Positions 18,239 to 29,208 of a DNA stretch of 64,000 bases are shown piece by piece (within the stretch, counting starts at the first letter, position 1; each line of letters starts with the position of its first letter). The stretch is from an uncultured Peptococcaceae bacterium (lineage in GTDB: Bacteria > Bacillota > Dehalobacteriia > UBA4068 > UBA4997). The stretch lies in contig CAZMTO010000003.1 of the NCBI GenBank assembly GCA_964569265.1, positions 9,850 through 73,849 on the forward strand, given 5' to 3'. A model generated the notes under the pieces. That model did not search any database. It was given only the letters and a program-made list of their open reading frames with translations, and was not told the DNA's origin. The position numbers were made by a program, and so were the translations under genes.

Positions 18239-20893
18239 ATGTGCGATTGCGGAAAGCGGCACGAGCTGCCCAAAACCTACGATCACCACGATGTTGAGCA
18301 AAAGTGGTATGCCCATTGGGAGAAAAACGGCTATTTCAGTTGTGAAAATAACGCCGGCGGAGAACCGTTTTCGGTGGTAATGCCGCCGCCGAACGTTACC
18401 GGCCAGTTGCATTTGGGTCATGCCATTGATAATACCATGCAGGACATTTTGACCCGCTGGCACCGTATGCAGGGCCACCAGACTTTATGGGTGCCCGGCT
18501 GTGACCACGCCGGTATTGCTACCCAGGCCAAGGTAGAAGAGCACCTGGCAGCAGACGGTATAAGCAAGTATGATTTGGGGCGCGAAGCCTTTGTGGATAA
18601 GGTGTGGGATTGGAAGCACCAGTATCACGACCGTATTGTTAAGCAGCTTAAAATGTTGGGTTCAAGCTGCGATTGGGATCACGAGCGCTTTACGCTGGAC
18701 GAAGGCTGCAACGATGCCGTAAACGAGGTTTTTGTGCGCCTTTATAACGAAGGCCTGATTTACCGCGGCACTTATATCATCAACTGGTGCCCCAAGTGCC
18801 AGACGACGATTTCGGACATTGAGGTTGAACACAGTGACCACGAAGGCCACCTGTGGCATTTGCGCTACCCCCTGACCGACGGCAGCGGTTATATTGTAGT
18901 GGCTACCACCCGGCCGGAAACTATGCTGGGCGATACTGCCGTAGCTGTTCACCCCGATGATGAGCGCTATAAAGATATGGTTGGCAAAACCATTATGCTG
19001 CCGCTGATGAACCGTGAAATTCCGATTATTGCCGACGATTACGTTGATTTGGAATACGGTACCGGTGCAGTTAAAATTACCCCCGCACACGACCCGAACG
19101 ACTTTGAAATGGGTTTGCGCCACAACCTGCCGCAAATATCGGTTATCGGCAAAGATGCCAGAATGAACGAATTTGCCGGCAAGTACGAGGGTATGGACAG
19201 AGATGAGTGCCGCAAGGCCGTAGTAGAGGATATGGACAAGCTGGGCCTGTTGGAAAAAATCGAGGACATAAGCCACGCGGTGGGCGAATGTTACCGTTGC
19301 GGCAGTGTTATCGAGCCGCTGATTTCTCCGCAGTGGTTTGTAAAGATGGAGCCTTTGGCCAAGCCTGCTATCGAGGCGGTGAAAACCGGTGACATCCGTT
19401 TTGTACCGCAGAGATTTGAAAAGATTTACCTTGGCTGGCTGGAAAATATCCGTGACTGGTGCATATCCCGTCAGCTTTGGTGGGGGCACCGTATACCTGT
19501 CTGGTATTGTCAGGATTGCGGCGAGGTTATCTGCCAAAAGGATGAGCCTGCCTGCTGCCCCAAGTGTAATTCCGCTAAATTAAAGCGTGACGAGGATGTT
19601 TTGGATACCTGGTTTTCCTCCGGTTTGTGGCCGTTTGAAACCCTTGGCTGGCCGGATGAGGAAGCTCTTGCCAAGATGAAAAAGTTCTACCCGACGTCGG
19701 TGCTGGTTACCGGCCGCGACATTATCTTCTTCTGGGTGGCACGTATGATATTTACCGGCCTGCATTTTATGGAAGAAAAGCCCTTTAGTGATGTATTTAT
19801 TCACGGTTTGGTGCTGGATGCTCAGGGCCGCAAGATGAGTAAATCGCTGGGCAACGGCATTGACCCGATTGAGATTATTGAGCAATACGGCGCAGATCCG
19901 CTGCGTTTTATGCTGATAACCGGCAATACTCCCGGCAATGATTTGCGCTTCCAGACGGAGCGTTTAGAGGCCAGCCGTAACTTCTGTAACAAAATTTGGA
20001 ACGCCAGCCGTTTTGTGCAGATGAACCTTGATGATTATCAGCCCGGCGGCGAGGTTAATTACAGCTTGGCCGACAAATGGATACTGGCCGAATTAAAGGC
20101 GGCAACGGCGGCGGTTTCCAACAACCTTGGCAAGTACGAGCTGGGCGAGGCAGCGCGCGCTATTTACGACTTTACCTGGGATTGTTTCTGTGACTGGTAC
20201 ATTGAAATGTCGAAGCCGCGCCTGTACGGCGATGACAGACAGGAGCGTTACACCGCACAGACAGTGCTGGTGCAGGTGCTTGACAGTATTTTGCGTCTGC
20301 TGCACCCCTTTATGCCGTTTATTACCGAAGAAATTTGGCAGGCTATACCGCACGACGGTGAAACCATTATGCTGGCAAAGTGGCCCAATGCTGATGAAAT
20401 GCCCGATTTTGCGGCAGAAGCGGCTGTTATGGGCCTGAATATGGAAGCAGTACGTGCTGTGCGTAATATTCGTGCTGAAATGAACGTGGCTCCCGGCAAA
20501 AAGGTAGATTTGATAATAGCTGCCGATAACGCCGACGGTATTAAGCAGGGTGAGTTGTATATTAAGGCGCTTTGCGGTGCCGAAACCCTTACCTACACGG
20601 CAGCCGATGCGGCAGCACCGGAACAGGCAGCGGTAGCACACATCCGCGGCGTGGATATTTACCTGCCGCTTAAAGGGCTTATTGACCTTGATAAGGAAAT
20701 TGCCCGCCTGAATAAGGAAATTGCCAATATGGATAAAGAAATAAGCCGCTTAGAGGGCAAGCTGAACAATCAGGGCTTTATTGCCAAGGCACCGGCGGCT
20801 GTTGTAGAAGGCGAGCGCGTTAAGCTGGCCGATTACAGCGAAAAAAAGCAGAGCCTGTTAGACCGTGTGGCCGAATTAAACAAGTTGGCCTAA
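18239..20893 (+). CDS. valS: Valine--tRNA ligase
   Basis: HIGH as PNVTGQLHLGH, KMSKS present, and a C-terminal coiled coil. 884 aa. Confidence 0.95.
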   Translation: MCDCGKRHELPKTYDHHDVEQKWYAHWEKNGYFSCENNAGGEPFSVVMPPPNVTGQLHLGHAIDNTMQDILTRWHRMQGHQTLWVPGCDHAGIATQAKVEEHLAADGISKYDLGREAFVDKVWDWKHQYHDRIVKQLKMLGSSCDWDHERFTLDEGCNDAVNEVFVRLYNEGLIYRGTYIINWCPKCQTTISDIEVEHSDHEGHLWHLRYPLTDGSGYIVVATTRPETMLGDTAVAVHPDDERYKDMVGKTIMLPLMNREIPIIADDYVDLEYGTGAVKITPAHDPNDFEMGLRHNLPQISVIGKDARMNEFAGKYEGMDRDECRKAVVEDMDKLGLLEKIEDISHAVGECYRCGSVIEPLISPQWFVKMEPLAKPAIEAVKTGDIRFVPQRFEKIYLGWLENIRDWCISRQLWWGHRIPVWYCQDCGEVICQKDEPACCPKCNSAKLKRDEDVLDTWFSSGLWPFETLGWPDEEALAKMKKFYPTSVLVTGRDIIFFWVARMIFTGLHFMEEKPFSDVFIHGLVLDAQGRKMSKSLGNGIDPIEIIEQYGADPLRFMLITGNTPGNDLRFQTERLEASRNFCNKIWNASRFVQMNLDDYQPGGEVNYSLADKWILAELKAATAAVSNNLGKYELGEAARAIYDFTWDCFCDWYIEMSKPRLYGDDRQERYTAQTVLVQVLDSILRLLHPFMPFITEEIWQAIPHDGETIMLAKWPNADEMPDFAAEAAVMGLNMEAVRAVRNIRAEMNVAPGKKVDLIIAADNADGIKQGELYIKALCGAETLTYTAADAAAPEQAAVAHIRGVDIYLPLKGLIDLDKEIARLNKEIANMDKEISRLEGKLNNQGFIAKAPAAVVEGERVKLADYSEKKQSLLDRVAELNKLA

Positions 20894-20909
20894 AGGCGGG
20901 GGCATAAAA

Positions 20910-22241
20910 TTGACTAATACGGAAATTTTGGCGGGAGCGGCGGATTATGCGGCCGCTCTCCGCTTTTTAGAGGAACAAACCAAGTTTGGCATAAATTTGG
21001 GGCTGGGGCGCATACAGCGTTTGTTGCAGCTTATGGGTAACCCGCAGCAGCAGGGTGTAAAATACCTGCACATTGGCGGCACCAACGGCAAGGGTTCGGT
21101 GTCGGCAATGCTTTCGGCGTGCCTTATTGCGGCCGATAAAAGCTGTGGGTTGTTTACGTCGCCACATTTGCACACCTACCGCGAACGTTATCGCATCAAT
21201 AACAATTTGATAAGCCGAGAAGAAATTGTGCGCCGGGTACAGGCTGTTAAGCCGCTGTTGGCCCAAATGCAGGCCGAAGGTGCCGAGGCACCGACCGAAT
21301 TTGAAGTAAGCACCGCTATGGCGCTGAATTATTTTACCGAAGCACAAACCGAATATGCCGTAATAGAGGTGGGCTTGGGCGGCGAGATAGATTCGACCAA
21401 CGTTATTACCCCGGAGTTGGCGATAATTACCAACGTGGCGATTGATCATATTGATTATTTGGGCAATACTAAAGAAGAAATCGCTGCTGTTAAGGCCGGT
21501 ATCATCAAGGCGGGCAAGCCCTGCTTTACCGCTGCCGAAGATGAAGCTGTGCTGGCTGTGCTGCGCCAAAAGGCTATGTCTGTTGAGGCACCGCTTTTTT
21601 GCTATGGGCAGGATTTTACGGTCAGTGATGTTGTCTATGATGAGAGCGGCCAAACGTTTACATATAACGATTTGCGCACCGGCGAGGCGCTTTGCGGCTT
21701 GCGTATAAATTTGCTGGGCGAACATCAGTTGAAAAATGCAGCGCTGGCAGTGGTGGCGGCACACTATTTAAATCTGCCGCAGGCTGCTATTTACAGTGGT
21801 TTGCAGGCGGCACGCTGGCCCGGCCGCTTAGAGGTGGTTTGCCAAAACCCGTTAATTGTGCTGGACGGTGCCCATAATGAGGCCGGTATGCAGGCGCTGG
21901 CAGCAGCCATAAAGCGCTACTGGCCGGGTAAAAAAATATGTGCGGTGCTGGGTATGCTGGCCGACAAACAGCGACGAGAAGCCCTGTGCCATTTGCTGCC
22001 CCTGTTAGACAGTGCCGTTATTTGCCGTGTGCCAAGTTACCGTGCCGGTGATTGGCAAACTCTGGGTGAGCTGTGCCGTGAATATAAGGTGCCTTGCCAA
22101 CTGATAGAGGAGGTGTCTGCGGCTGTTGCTGCCGGCAGGGCCGGGCTGCAAAACGGTACCGATATGTTGCTGATAAGTGGATCTTTGTATATGCTGGCAG
22201 ATGCCAGAGCTTGTTTGGTGGAGGTAGAAACCGATGAATAA
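20910..22241 (+). CDS. folC: Bifunctional folylpolyglutamate synthase/dihydrofolate synthase
   Basis: Mur-ligase fold with a P-loop GTNGKGS. TTG start. Confidence 0.85.
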   Translation: MTNTEILAGAADYAAALRFLEEQTKFGINLGLGRIQRLLQLMGNPQQQGVKYLHIGGTNGKGSVSAMLSACLIAADKSCGLFTSPHLHTYRERYRINNNLISREEIVRRVQAVKPLLAQMQAEGAEAPTEFEVSTAMALNYFTEAQTEYAVIEVGLGGEIDSTNVITPELAIITNVAIDHIDYLGNTKEEIAAVKAGIIKAGKPCFTAAEDEAVLAVLRQKAMSVEAPLFCYGQDFTVSDVVYDESGQTFTYNDLRTGEALCGLRINLLGEHQLKNAALAVVAAHYLNLPQAAIYSGLQAARWPGRLEVVCQNPLIVLDGAHNEAGMQALAAAIKRYWPGKKICAVLGMLADKQRREALCHLLPLLDSAVICRVPSYRAGDWQTLGELCREYKVPCQLIEEVSAAVAAGRAGLQNGTDMLLISGSLYMLADARACLVEVETDE

Positions 22242-22803
22242 CCGTTTGATTTTAGCCAGTGCGTCGCCAAGGCGGCTGGACTTATTGCGTACTGCCGGCA
22301 TAGAGCCGATGGTTTGCCCGACTGACTGTGACGAAATAACCGGCGGTATGCCCCCGCGTGACCTTGTTATTGCCAATGCTGTGGCCAAAGCGCAGGCTTG
22401 CGCGCAAAAATACCCCAACGGCTCAATAGTGGCGGCTGATACTGTGGTGGCTTTGGGCGACGAAATTTTCGGCAAGCCTGACAATGCCGATGATGCTAAA
22501 AGTATGCTGGCCAAATTATCCGGGCAGACGCACAGCGTTTTTACCGGGGTGGCGGTGTTTAAAAACGGTGAACTGTTGTCTGATGCGGCTGAAACCAGGG
22601 TGACCTTTGCCGAATTGACCGCAGAACAGATTGCTGATTATGTGGCCGGCGGTGAGCCGCTGGATAAAGCCGGTGCCTATGCCATACAGGGCGGGGCAGG
22701 TGCCTTTGTTACCGCTATTGACGGCGATTTTGACAATATTGTCGGTTTGCCGCTGTTTGTGTTAAATAATATGGTTGACCTGTTTGACTATATAGAGCTG
22801 TAA
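22234..22803 (+). CDS. maf: Maf-family nucleoside triphosphate pyrophosphatase / septum formation protein
   Basis: N-terminal LILASASPRR signature. Confidence 0.85.
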   Translation: MNNRLILASASPRRLDLLRTAGIEPMVCPTDCDEITGGMPPRDLVIANAVAKAQACAQKYPNGSIVAADTVVALGDEIFGKPDNADDAKSMLAKLSGQTHSVFTGVAVFKNGELLSDAAETRVTFAELTAEQIADYVAGGEPLDKAGAYAIQGGAGAFVTAIDGDFDNIVGLPLFVLNNMVDLFDYIEL

Positions 22804-22953
22804 CAGCCGCAGCTATTGGTATGTCAGCAAAAAAAATTGATAAAAATACTAAAAGAATGTTGTATTTCAAACGGTGTATATAGTAAAATAATAAAGTGTA
22901 AAAGTTGTAATGTATTATAGTTGTGACAAACAGGCTGGAAAGGGGACAACGTT

Positions 22954-23964
22954 TTGTTTAATATTGATATTGGTATAGATTTGGGTACGGCAAATACCCT
23001 TGTTTATGTAAAAGGCAAGGATACTATATCTACCGAACCGTCGGTGGTGGCGGTAGAAAAGCACAGCCGCAAAATTTTGGCGGTGGGCAACGATGCTAAA
23101 AAAATGCTGGGGCGTACCCCCGGCAATATTATGGCTATTCGCCCGGTAAAAGACGGCGTTATTGCCGACTTTGATATTACGCAGGAAATGTTAAGGTACT
23201 TTATTGATAAAGCGGTAAAAAACCGCTCTATATTTTCGCGCCCGCGTATTGTTATCTGCGTGCCCTCCGGCGTAACTACAGTTGAAGAACGTGCTATACG
23301 CGAGGCGGCGCTTAATGCCGGTGCCAAAGAAGCTTACCTGATAGAAGAACCTATGGCGGCTGCTATAGGTGCGGGCCTGCCGGTTATGGAGCCTGTGGGC
23401 AATATGATAGTTGATATCGGCGGCGGCACCACCGAAGTCGGCCTTATATCTTTGGGTGGGCTGGTAACGGTACATTCGGTGCGCGTAGCCGGTGACAAAA
23501 TGGACGAAGCCATTGTTAACTATATTAAAAAGCATTTTAATTTGGCTATTGGTGAACGTACCGCCGAAGAAATTAAAATTCAGATAGGTTCGGCCTACCT
23601 TGAACCGGAGGAACGCGGTGAAAGCTATTCGGTGCGTGGCCGAGACCTTATGACCGGCCTGCCGAAAACCATCACCATTACTACCGACGAGATCAATCAG
23701 GCACTTTCGGAGCCGGTAGCCGCAATTATTGACGCCGTAAAGAGCTGTCTGGAAAAATCTCCGCCGGAGCTGGCCGCGGATATTATGGACAGAGGCATTG
23801 TAATGGCCGGCGGCGGTTCTCTGCTCAGGGGGCTGCCCAAGCTGCTCTCGCAGGAAACTCACATTATGGTGCATTTGTCTGATCAGGCACTTAATGCGGT
23901 GGTACTTGGTACCAGCAAGGTGCTGGATAATATTCACATTTTGGATTCCGGAACGCGCAGGTAG
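22954..23964 (+). CDS. mreB: Rod shape-determining actin homologue MreB
   Basis: GIDLGTANT phosphate-1 motif and an actin/Hsp70 fold. TTG start. Confidence 0.9.
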   Translation: MFNIDIGIDLGTANTLVYVKGKDTISTEPSVVAVEKHSRKILAVGNDAKKMLGRTPGNIMAIRPVKDGVIADFDITQEMLRYFIDKAVKNRSIFSRPRIVICVPSGVTTVEERAIREAALNAGAKEAYLIEEPMAAAIGAGLPVMEPVGNMIVDIGGGTTEVGLISLGGLVTVHSVRVAGDKMDEAIVNYIKKHFNLAIGERTAEEIKIQIGSAYLEPEERGESYSVRGRDLMTGLPKTITITTDEINQALSEPVAAIIDAVKSCLEKSPPELAADIMDRGIVMAGGGSLLRGLPKLLSQETHIMVHLSDQALNAVVLGTSKVLDNIHILDSGTRR

Positions 23965-23981
23965 CTTATTTTAGCAGGAGG

Positions 23982-24818
23982 GTGGCTTTTTTGGATCCGA
24001 AAAAAAAGAAGCTGATGATAGGCGGTTTATCTGCCTGTTTGGTAATACTGGTGTTGTTCCTGGCGGGGTTAACCTCTACCGAGCGGGAAAATATCTCTAC
24101 ACCGGAACAGTTTTTGCGAGAAATGCTGGCTCCGTTTCAAAACGGGGCCAGTGTTGTATCGGCTAATATTCACAACTGGGGCGCATACTTGCAGGGTGTT
24201 GATAACATACGGGCAGAAAACGAGGAGCTTTTGCGCGAGGTAAGCGAGCTGCGTATGCAACTGGTAAATTATGCGGAATACGAGCAGGAAAACGACCGTT
24301 TGCGCGAGCTTTTGCACACCGTAAAGGATTACAGCGCCGATTTTAATTATGTTACCACCAAAGTAGTAAACCGCGAGCAAAGCAGTTGGTATAAAACGCT
24401 GATTATTAACGGCGGCGCCGATGACGGGTTTGCAGTGGGGATGCCGGTGGTATCGGCACAGGGCGTGGTAGGGCGTATTATCAATACGTCGGCACACACT
24501 GCCGAAGTTTTGCTGATAACCGACCGTGAAGGTGCAGTTAGCGCTATGGTACAAAAAACGCGCACGGTAGGCGTGGTAGAAGGTGACGGCGAAACCGACA
24601 GCCTTAGTATGATACACGTGCCCTACGATGCCGAAATAGAAAATTATCAGCAGGTTATAACGTCGGGCTACGGCGGTGTATACCCCAAGGGGCTGCTGAT
24701 AGGCTACATTAACAGCATAGACCTGGAAAGTGACGGGTTAATGCTGAATGTTGGCGTGCGCTCTTATGTAGATTTTAATCGGCTGGAAGAAGTTATGGTG
24801 CTTACACCTAAAAAATAA
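23982..24818 (+). CDS. mreC: Rod shape-determining protein MreC
   Basis: N-terminal TM, a coiled coil, then a beta-rich C-domain, in the conserved position after mreB. Confidence 0.8.
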   Translation: MAFLDPKKKKLMIGGLSACLVILVLFLAGLTSTERENISTPEQFLREMLAPFQNGASVVSANIHNWGAYLQGVDNIRAENEELLREVSELRMQLVNYAEYEQENDRLRELLHTVKDYSADFNYVTTKVVNREQSSWYKTLIINGGADDGFAVGMPVVSAQGVVGRIINTSAHTAEVLLITDREGAVSAMVQKTRTVGVVEGDGETDSLSMIHVPYDAEIENYQQVITSGYGGVYPKGLLIGYINSIDLESDGLMLNVGVRSYVDFNRLEEVMVLTPKK

Positions 24819-24828
24819 GGAGGCTGCT

Positions 24829-25347
24829 ATGTATAATTGGCGGCGTTACGCAACACTGGTCGTTTTATATGCCGTGGCCTTAATTTTGCAGTACGGCGTG
24901 CTTAATAATTTGGGCTGGGGTGTTTTTTGCCCGCTGCTGCTGGTTTTTTTTCCGGTATTTGGGGGGCTGCTGGGCGGCGGTGTTTGCGGCCTGGCGCACG
25001 GGCTGCTGTGCGGCCTGCTGATAGATTTGGTAATTGGGCGCTTTATTGGGCTTAATATGCTGGTTTGGGCGCTGGTTGGCTGGCTGTGCGGCTATTTGTC
25101 GCGCGGGCTTTTTAAAGAAAACTACTTTATTGCCATTGTGTCGGTGTTGCTGGCTTACCCGGCTGGCTGCCTGCTGTATGCGGTGCTGGTGGGGCTTATA
25201 TCCGGCCACTTTTTTTCAATGACGCAGATAGGGCGGATAATTTTGGGCGGCATACCAACAAACTGCTTTATTGCGCCGCTTATTTATCTGCCGGTATACA
25301 GGTCTTTGCAATACGGCTGGTTGAAGCGCCAAAAAAAGAAGTCGTGA
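24829..25347 (+). CDS. mreD: Rod shape-determining protein MreD
   Basis: Small polytopic membrane protein following mreC. Confidence 0.7.
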   Translation: MYNWRRYATLVVLYAVALILQYGVLNNLGWGVFCPLLLVFFPVFGGLLGGGVCGLAHGLLCGLLIDLVIGRFIGLNMLVWALVGWLCGYLSRGLFKENYFIAIVSVLLAYPAGCLLYAVLVGLISGHFFSMTQIGRIILGGIPTNCFIAPLIYLPVYRSLQYGWLKRQKKKS

Positions 25348-25398
25348 GCAAACAGGCTGATTTTTGGATAGTGTAACTTTGATTAGGAGATTTTGGGT

Positions 25399-27324
25399 AT
25401 GTTCCAAATAAACAAACCGACAGAAAGTGCATCGAATCAAGAGCTGCAAAAGCGTGCAGTGTGGTTTGTGGCCGTAATGTGCCTGATGTTTTTTGCCATT
25501 GCCGTAAAGCTGTTTGCGCTGCAAATTTTAAACACCGATATTTACACGTCAATATCCAGCAACAACCAAATGAGAATGATAAGCCAGCCGGCCAAGCGCG
25601 GTGATATTTTTGACCGCAACGGTGTAAAGCTGGCAGGTTCGCAAATTTGCTATGATATATGTATTTCATCGGCGCAGGTAAAAGGTGATGCCCTTACGGT
25701 GCTGGCTGAAAATTTGTCGGCATATTTAAAAGACCCTGAGCTTACTGCCGAGGAGATCGTCAACAAGGTATCGGGTAATGTGCGCGGTTACCAGCCGGTG
25801 GTAATAAAAACCCTGCCGGCCGAAGGTAACCAGCATTTAATTGCCATGCTGGAAGAACACCGCACCGAGCTGCCGGGCCTGCTGATAATGGAGGAGCCGG
25901 TACGTGTTTATCCGCAGGGAAAACTGGCCAGCCATATTATTGGCCAAATGGGGCGTATAACCGATACCGATGCCGACCTGCTGGAAAGCTACGATTATAC
26001 TACCAGCGACTGGGTAGGTAAGGCCGGGCTGGAAAAAACCATGGAGCGCTTTACCGATACCGAGGGCAACGAGATAGGCTTGCGCGGCCAGCGTGGTTTA
26101 AGTGTGTTAGAGGTAGATTCCAAGCACCGTATTGTCCGTACAATATCCGAAGAACCCAGCGTTGCCGGTAATTCTCTGATGTTAACTATAGACAGTAAAA
26201 TTCAGCAGGCTATGGAAGCTTCTCTGGCGGCAACAGTAAAAAAAATAGCGCAAAGCAGGCCAAAGGCCAAAGCCGGTGCCGGTGTACTGTTAGATGTTAA
26301 AACCGGTGCCGTGCTGGGTATGGCATCGTACCCGGATTATGACCCGCAAAATTTTATTGACGGTTTAAACAGTGCGCTTTCGGCCTACTATTATGATGAT
26401 ACCCTAAAGCCTACTTATAACCGGGCGGTGCAGGCTGCTTACCCGGTAGGCTCCACATTTAAGGTATCTACAGCGCTGGCTGCCCTGGTAAGCGGTGTTG
26501 TTGACGCTAACACCACTATTACCTGCGGGCCGGAAACCTGGGCCGAAGAAGATATAGCCAAGTGCCCCAAAGCACACGGCACGGTAAATTTAAGCAAGGC
26601 TATGGCGGTATCGTGCAACGTGTATTTTGAAAAGGTAGCGGCTATGGCCGGCATAAACAGTATGTATGATACCTTTAAAAAGCTGGGCTATGGGCAGCTT
26701 ACCGGCATTGAGCTTACCGGTGAATCGCGCGGGCTGCTGGCTAACCCGGAATATAAAAAGCTTAACTTTGAAGGCTACGAGGCCGACTGGCATCGTTACG
26801 ATACTTACTATATGGCTATTGGCCAGGGTTACAGCTATTATACACCCTTGCAGGTTGCGCAGGCTGTGGCTACCATTGCCAACCGCGGTGTGCGTATGCA
26901 GCCGCATTTGGTAGAAAAAATAGTTGATTACACCGGCGAAACCGTATACCAGTGGGAACCGCGTGTTATGGACGAAATTACCATAAGCGATTATAATCTT
27001 AATGCACTTTATAACGCTATGAAGGCAGTAACCTCTGACGGCGGTACGGCGTATTCTCTGTTTGGCAGCTACCCGGTAAAGGTGGCGGCTAAAACCGGTA
27101 CGGCGCAAACCGGCCTGGTGGGTGATGATAAAAATAAGGATTACCATGGGTGGTTTATTGCTTTTGCCCCGGCAGATGACCCGCAGGTGGCTTTTGCCGG
27201 TATGATAGAATACGGCTACCACGGTTATGCTTCGGCCGGTGCAGTGTGCAAGGCTGCCTTTGATGCTTATTTTGGTTTAGAGGGTGTACAGACACAAACG
27301 GTATATTCTACGGTGGTGGAATAG
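25399..27324 (+). CDS. mrdA: Penicillin-binding protein 2 (elongasome transpeptidase)
   Basis: N-terminal anchor and PBP dimerisation domain. Transpeptidase motifs STFK, SCN and KTGT. Start at the first ATG (25399) after aggag. Confidence 0.85.
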   Translation: MFQINKPTESASNQELQKRAVWFVAVMCLMFFAIAVKLFALQILNTDIYTSISSNNQMRMISQPAKRGDIFDRNGVKLAGSQICYDICISSAQVKGDALTVLAENLSAYLKDPELTAEEIVNKVSGNVRGYQPVVIKTLPAEGNQHLIAMLEEHRTELPGLLIMEEPVRVYPQGKLASHIIGQMGRITDTDADLLESYDYTTSDWVGKAGLEKTMERFTDTEGNEIGLRGQRGLSVLEVDSKHRIVRTISEEPSVAGNSLMLTIDSKIQQAMEASLAATVKKIAQSRPKAKAGAGVLLDVKTGAVLGMASYPDYDPQNFIDGLNSALSAYYYDDTLKPTYNRAVQAAYPVGSTFKVSTALAALVSGVVDANTTITCGPETWAEEDIAKCPKAHGTVNLSKAMAVSCNVYFEKVAAMAGINSMYDTFKKLGYGQLTGIELTGESRGLLANPEYKKLNFEGYEADWHRYDTYYMAIGQGYSYYTPLQVAQAVATIANRGVRMQPHLVEKIVDYTGETVYQWEPRVMDEITISDYNLNALYNAMKAVTSDGGTAYSLFGSYPVKVAAKTGTAQTGLVGDDKNKDYHGWFIAFAPADDPQVAFAGMIEYGYHGYASAGAVCKAAFDAYFGLEGVQTQTVYSTVVE

Positions 27325-27615
27325 GTTGTTGGCGCTGCCAAAGGCTGCGCCCATAAAAAGGAGTGATTGCTTTAAGCAGTTTTGTAAAATAAAATAACCA
27401 ACCATAAAGCTTTTTGTACTATAATGCTTAAAAATAATGCTTAAAAATGCCAAAACACCGACAAATTGCCGTATAACTGCCGGTATAGGCCGAAATACCG
27501 CATAATTTGGCGCAAAACACCCGGTATTTTGTCAAGGAAATATTACTGACCGCAAAGAAAATAAATGCTTAGGCAAACAACAGAAATTTGTTTAAGGAGG
27601 TACAGTGATTTGGAT

Positions 27616-27999
27616 ATGACACAAGCCGGCATTGTAATAAGCGAGGGTGTTGCGGTAAGGCGCGATACAACAATGATACAGCGTACCTTAAGGTCGGGCC
27701 AAACGGTAAGATTTGACGGTAATGTTTTGGTGCTGGGCGATGTAAACCCCGGTGCCGAAATTATTGCAGCCGGGCACGTAGTGGTTATGGGGGTGCTAAG
27801 GGGAGTGGTACACGCCGGGGCTAACGGTGATACACAGGCCACTGTAACAGCACTTTGGCTGCTGCCCACCCAGATACGCATTGCCTCTTGTATTACCCGC
27901 CCGCCGGACGGCACAGCTATACCGGATACGTATCGACCGGAAGTAGCAAGGTTTAAAGACGGCGAGGTAGTTATCGAAAAATATGTTGTCTGCAAGTAA
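27616..27999 (+). CDS. minC: Septum site-determining protein MinC, C-terminal (beta-helix, MinD-binding) domain only
   Basis: Only 128 aa, corresponding to the MinC C-domain. The 290 bp upstream are AT-rich non-coding, so no N-domain is encoded. Confidence 0.7.
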   Translation: MTQAGIVISEGVAVRRDTTMIQRTLRSGQTVRFDGNVLVLGDVNPGAEIIAAGHVVVMGVLRGVVHAGANGDTQATVTALWLLPTQIRIASCITRPPDGTAIPDTYRPEVARFKDGEVVIEKYVVCK

Positions 28000-28027
28000 G
28001 CATTGTTAGTTTAAGGAGGAAGTTTTT

Positions 28028-28822
28028 ATGGGTTTTGTATATGTCGTTACCTCCGGCAAGGGCGGTGTCGGCAAAACCACCACCACGGCCAATTTGGGTG
28101 CCGGGCTGGCCAGGCTGGGCCGGCAGGTGTGTATGTTAGACACTGATATTGGGCTGAGAAACCTTGATGTAGTGCTGGGGCTGGAAAATCGCATTGTTTA
28201 TGATATTGTGGACGTTGTGCAGGGCAAGTGCCGCCTAAAGCAGGCGCTTATACGCGATAAACGCTTTGATAATATGTTTTTGCTGCCGGCAGCGCAGACC
28301 AAAGATAAAACGGCAATATCCGAACAGCAGATGATAAACCTGATAGCCAACCTGAAGCCGGAATTTGATTACATAATCATAGATTGCCCGGCCGGAATTG
28401 AGCATGGGTTTAAAAATGCTGTTGCCGGCGCTGATAAAGCTATTGTGGTTACTGCCCCCGAAGTATCGGCGGTGCGGGATGCCGACCGTATAATCGGCCT
28501 GTTAGAAGCCCATGGCCTTGGTGAGCCGCACCTTATAATAAACCGCATAAGGCCGCGTATGGTGCAAAGCGGCGATATGATGTCGGTGGAGGATATGTTG
28601 GAAATTTTGGCAGTGGAGCTTTTGGGCATTGTACCGGACGATGATTCAATCGTAACATCTACTAATCGCGGTGAACCTGCCGTGTTAGACGATTGTTCGA
28701 AGGCGGGGCAGGCGTATCGAAATATTACCCGCCGCCTTTGCGGAGAAGCTGTGCCGCTGTTGGATTTGACAGAAAAAGACGGTTTTTTCAGCCGGCTTAA
28801 AAGCATTTTGGTAGGGCGATAA
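28028..28822 (+). CDS. minD: Septum site-determining ATPase MinD
   Basis: Deviant Walker A GKGGVGKTT and a C-terminal amphipathic helix. Confidence 0.9.
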   Translation: MGFVYVVTSGKGGVGKTTTTANLGAGLARLGRQVCMLDTDIGLRNLDVVLGLENRIVYDIVDVVQGKCRLKQALIRDKRFDNMFLLPAAQTKDKTAISEQQMINLIANLKPEFDYIIIDCPAGIEHGFKNAVAGADKAIVVTAPEVSAVRDADRIIGLLEAHGLGEPHLIINRIRPRMVQSGDMMSVEDMLEILAVELLGIVPDDDSIVTSTNRGEPAVLDDCSKAGQAYRNITRRLCGEAVPLLDLTEKDGFFSRLKSILVGR

Positions 28823-28834
28823 GGAGGCGGCATA

Positions 28835-29107
28835 ATGAGTTTTTCGGAAATTTTAACGAAATTCTTTCCTAAAGAAGCAAAACCCGGCAGTAAAGAAATT
28901 GCTAAAGAACGCCTGCGCCTGGTGCTGGTGCAGGACAGAGGCAACAGCATACCGGACGAAATGCTGTTAAAGCTTAGAGCCGAGCTTATAGATGTAATAT
29001 CTCGCTATATGGTGATAGACGAAGACCAACTGGATATGGGCTTTAATAAAAGCGAGGGAGAAATTGCTCTGGTTGCCAGCATACCGGTGGTGCGTATAAA
29101 ACAATAG
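28835..29107 (+). CDS. minE: Cell division topological specificity factor MinE
   Basis: 90 aa following minD. Confidence 0.8.
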   Translation: MSFSEILTKFFPKEAKPGSKEIAKERLRLVLVQDRGNSIPDEMLLKLRAELIDVISRYMVIDEDQLDMGFNKSEGEIALVASIPVVRIKQ

Positions 29108-29208
29108 CGTTAAATAATAAGATATATTTAATAATATGACAGATTATATAGAATATTTGGGGATAAAATGTTGAAACGGCAAGTGGGAATTTTGTTAGGT
29201 GATAGATA

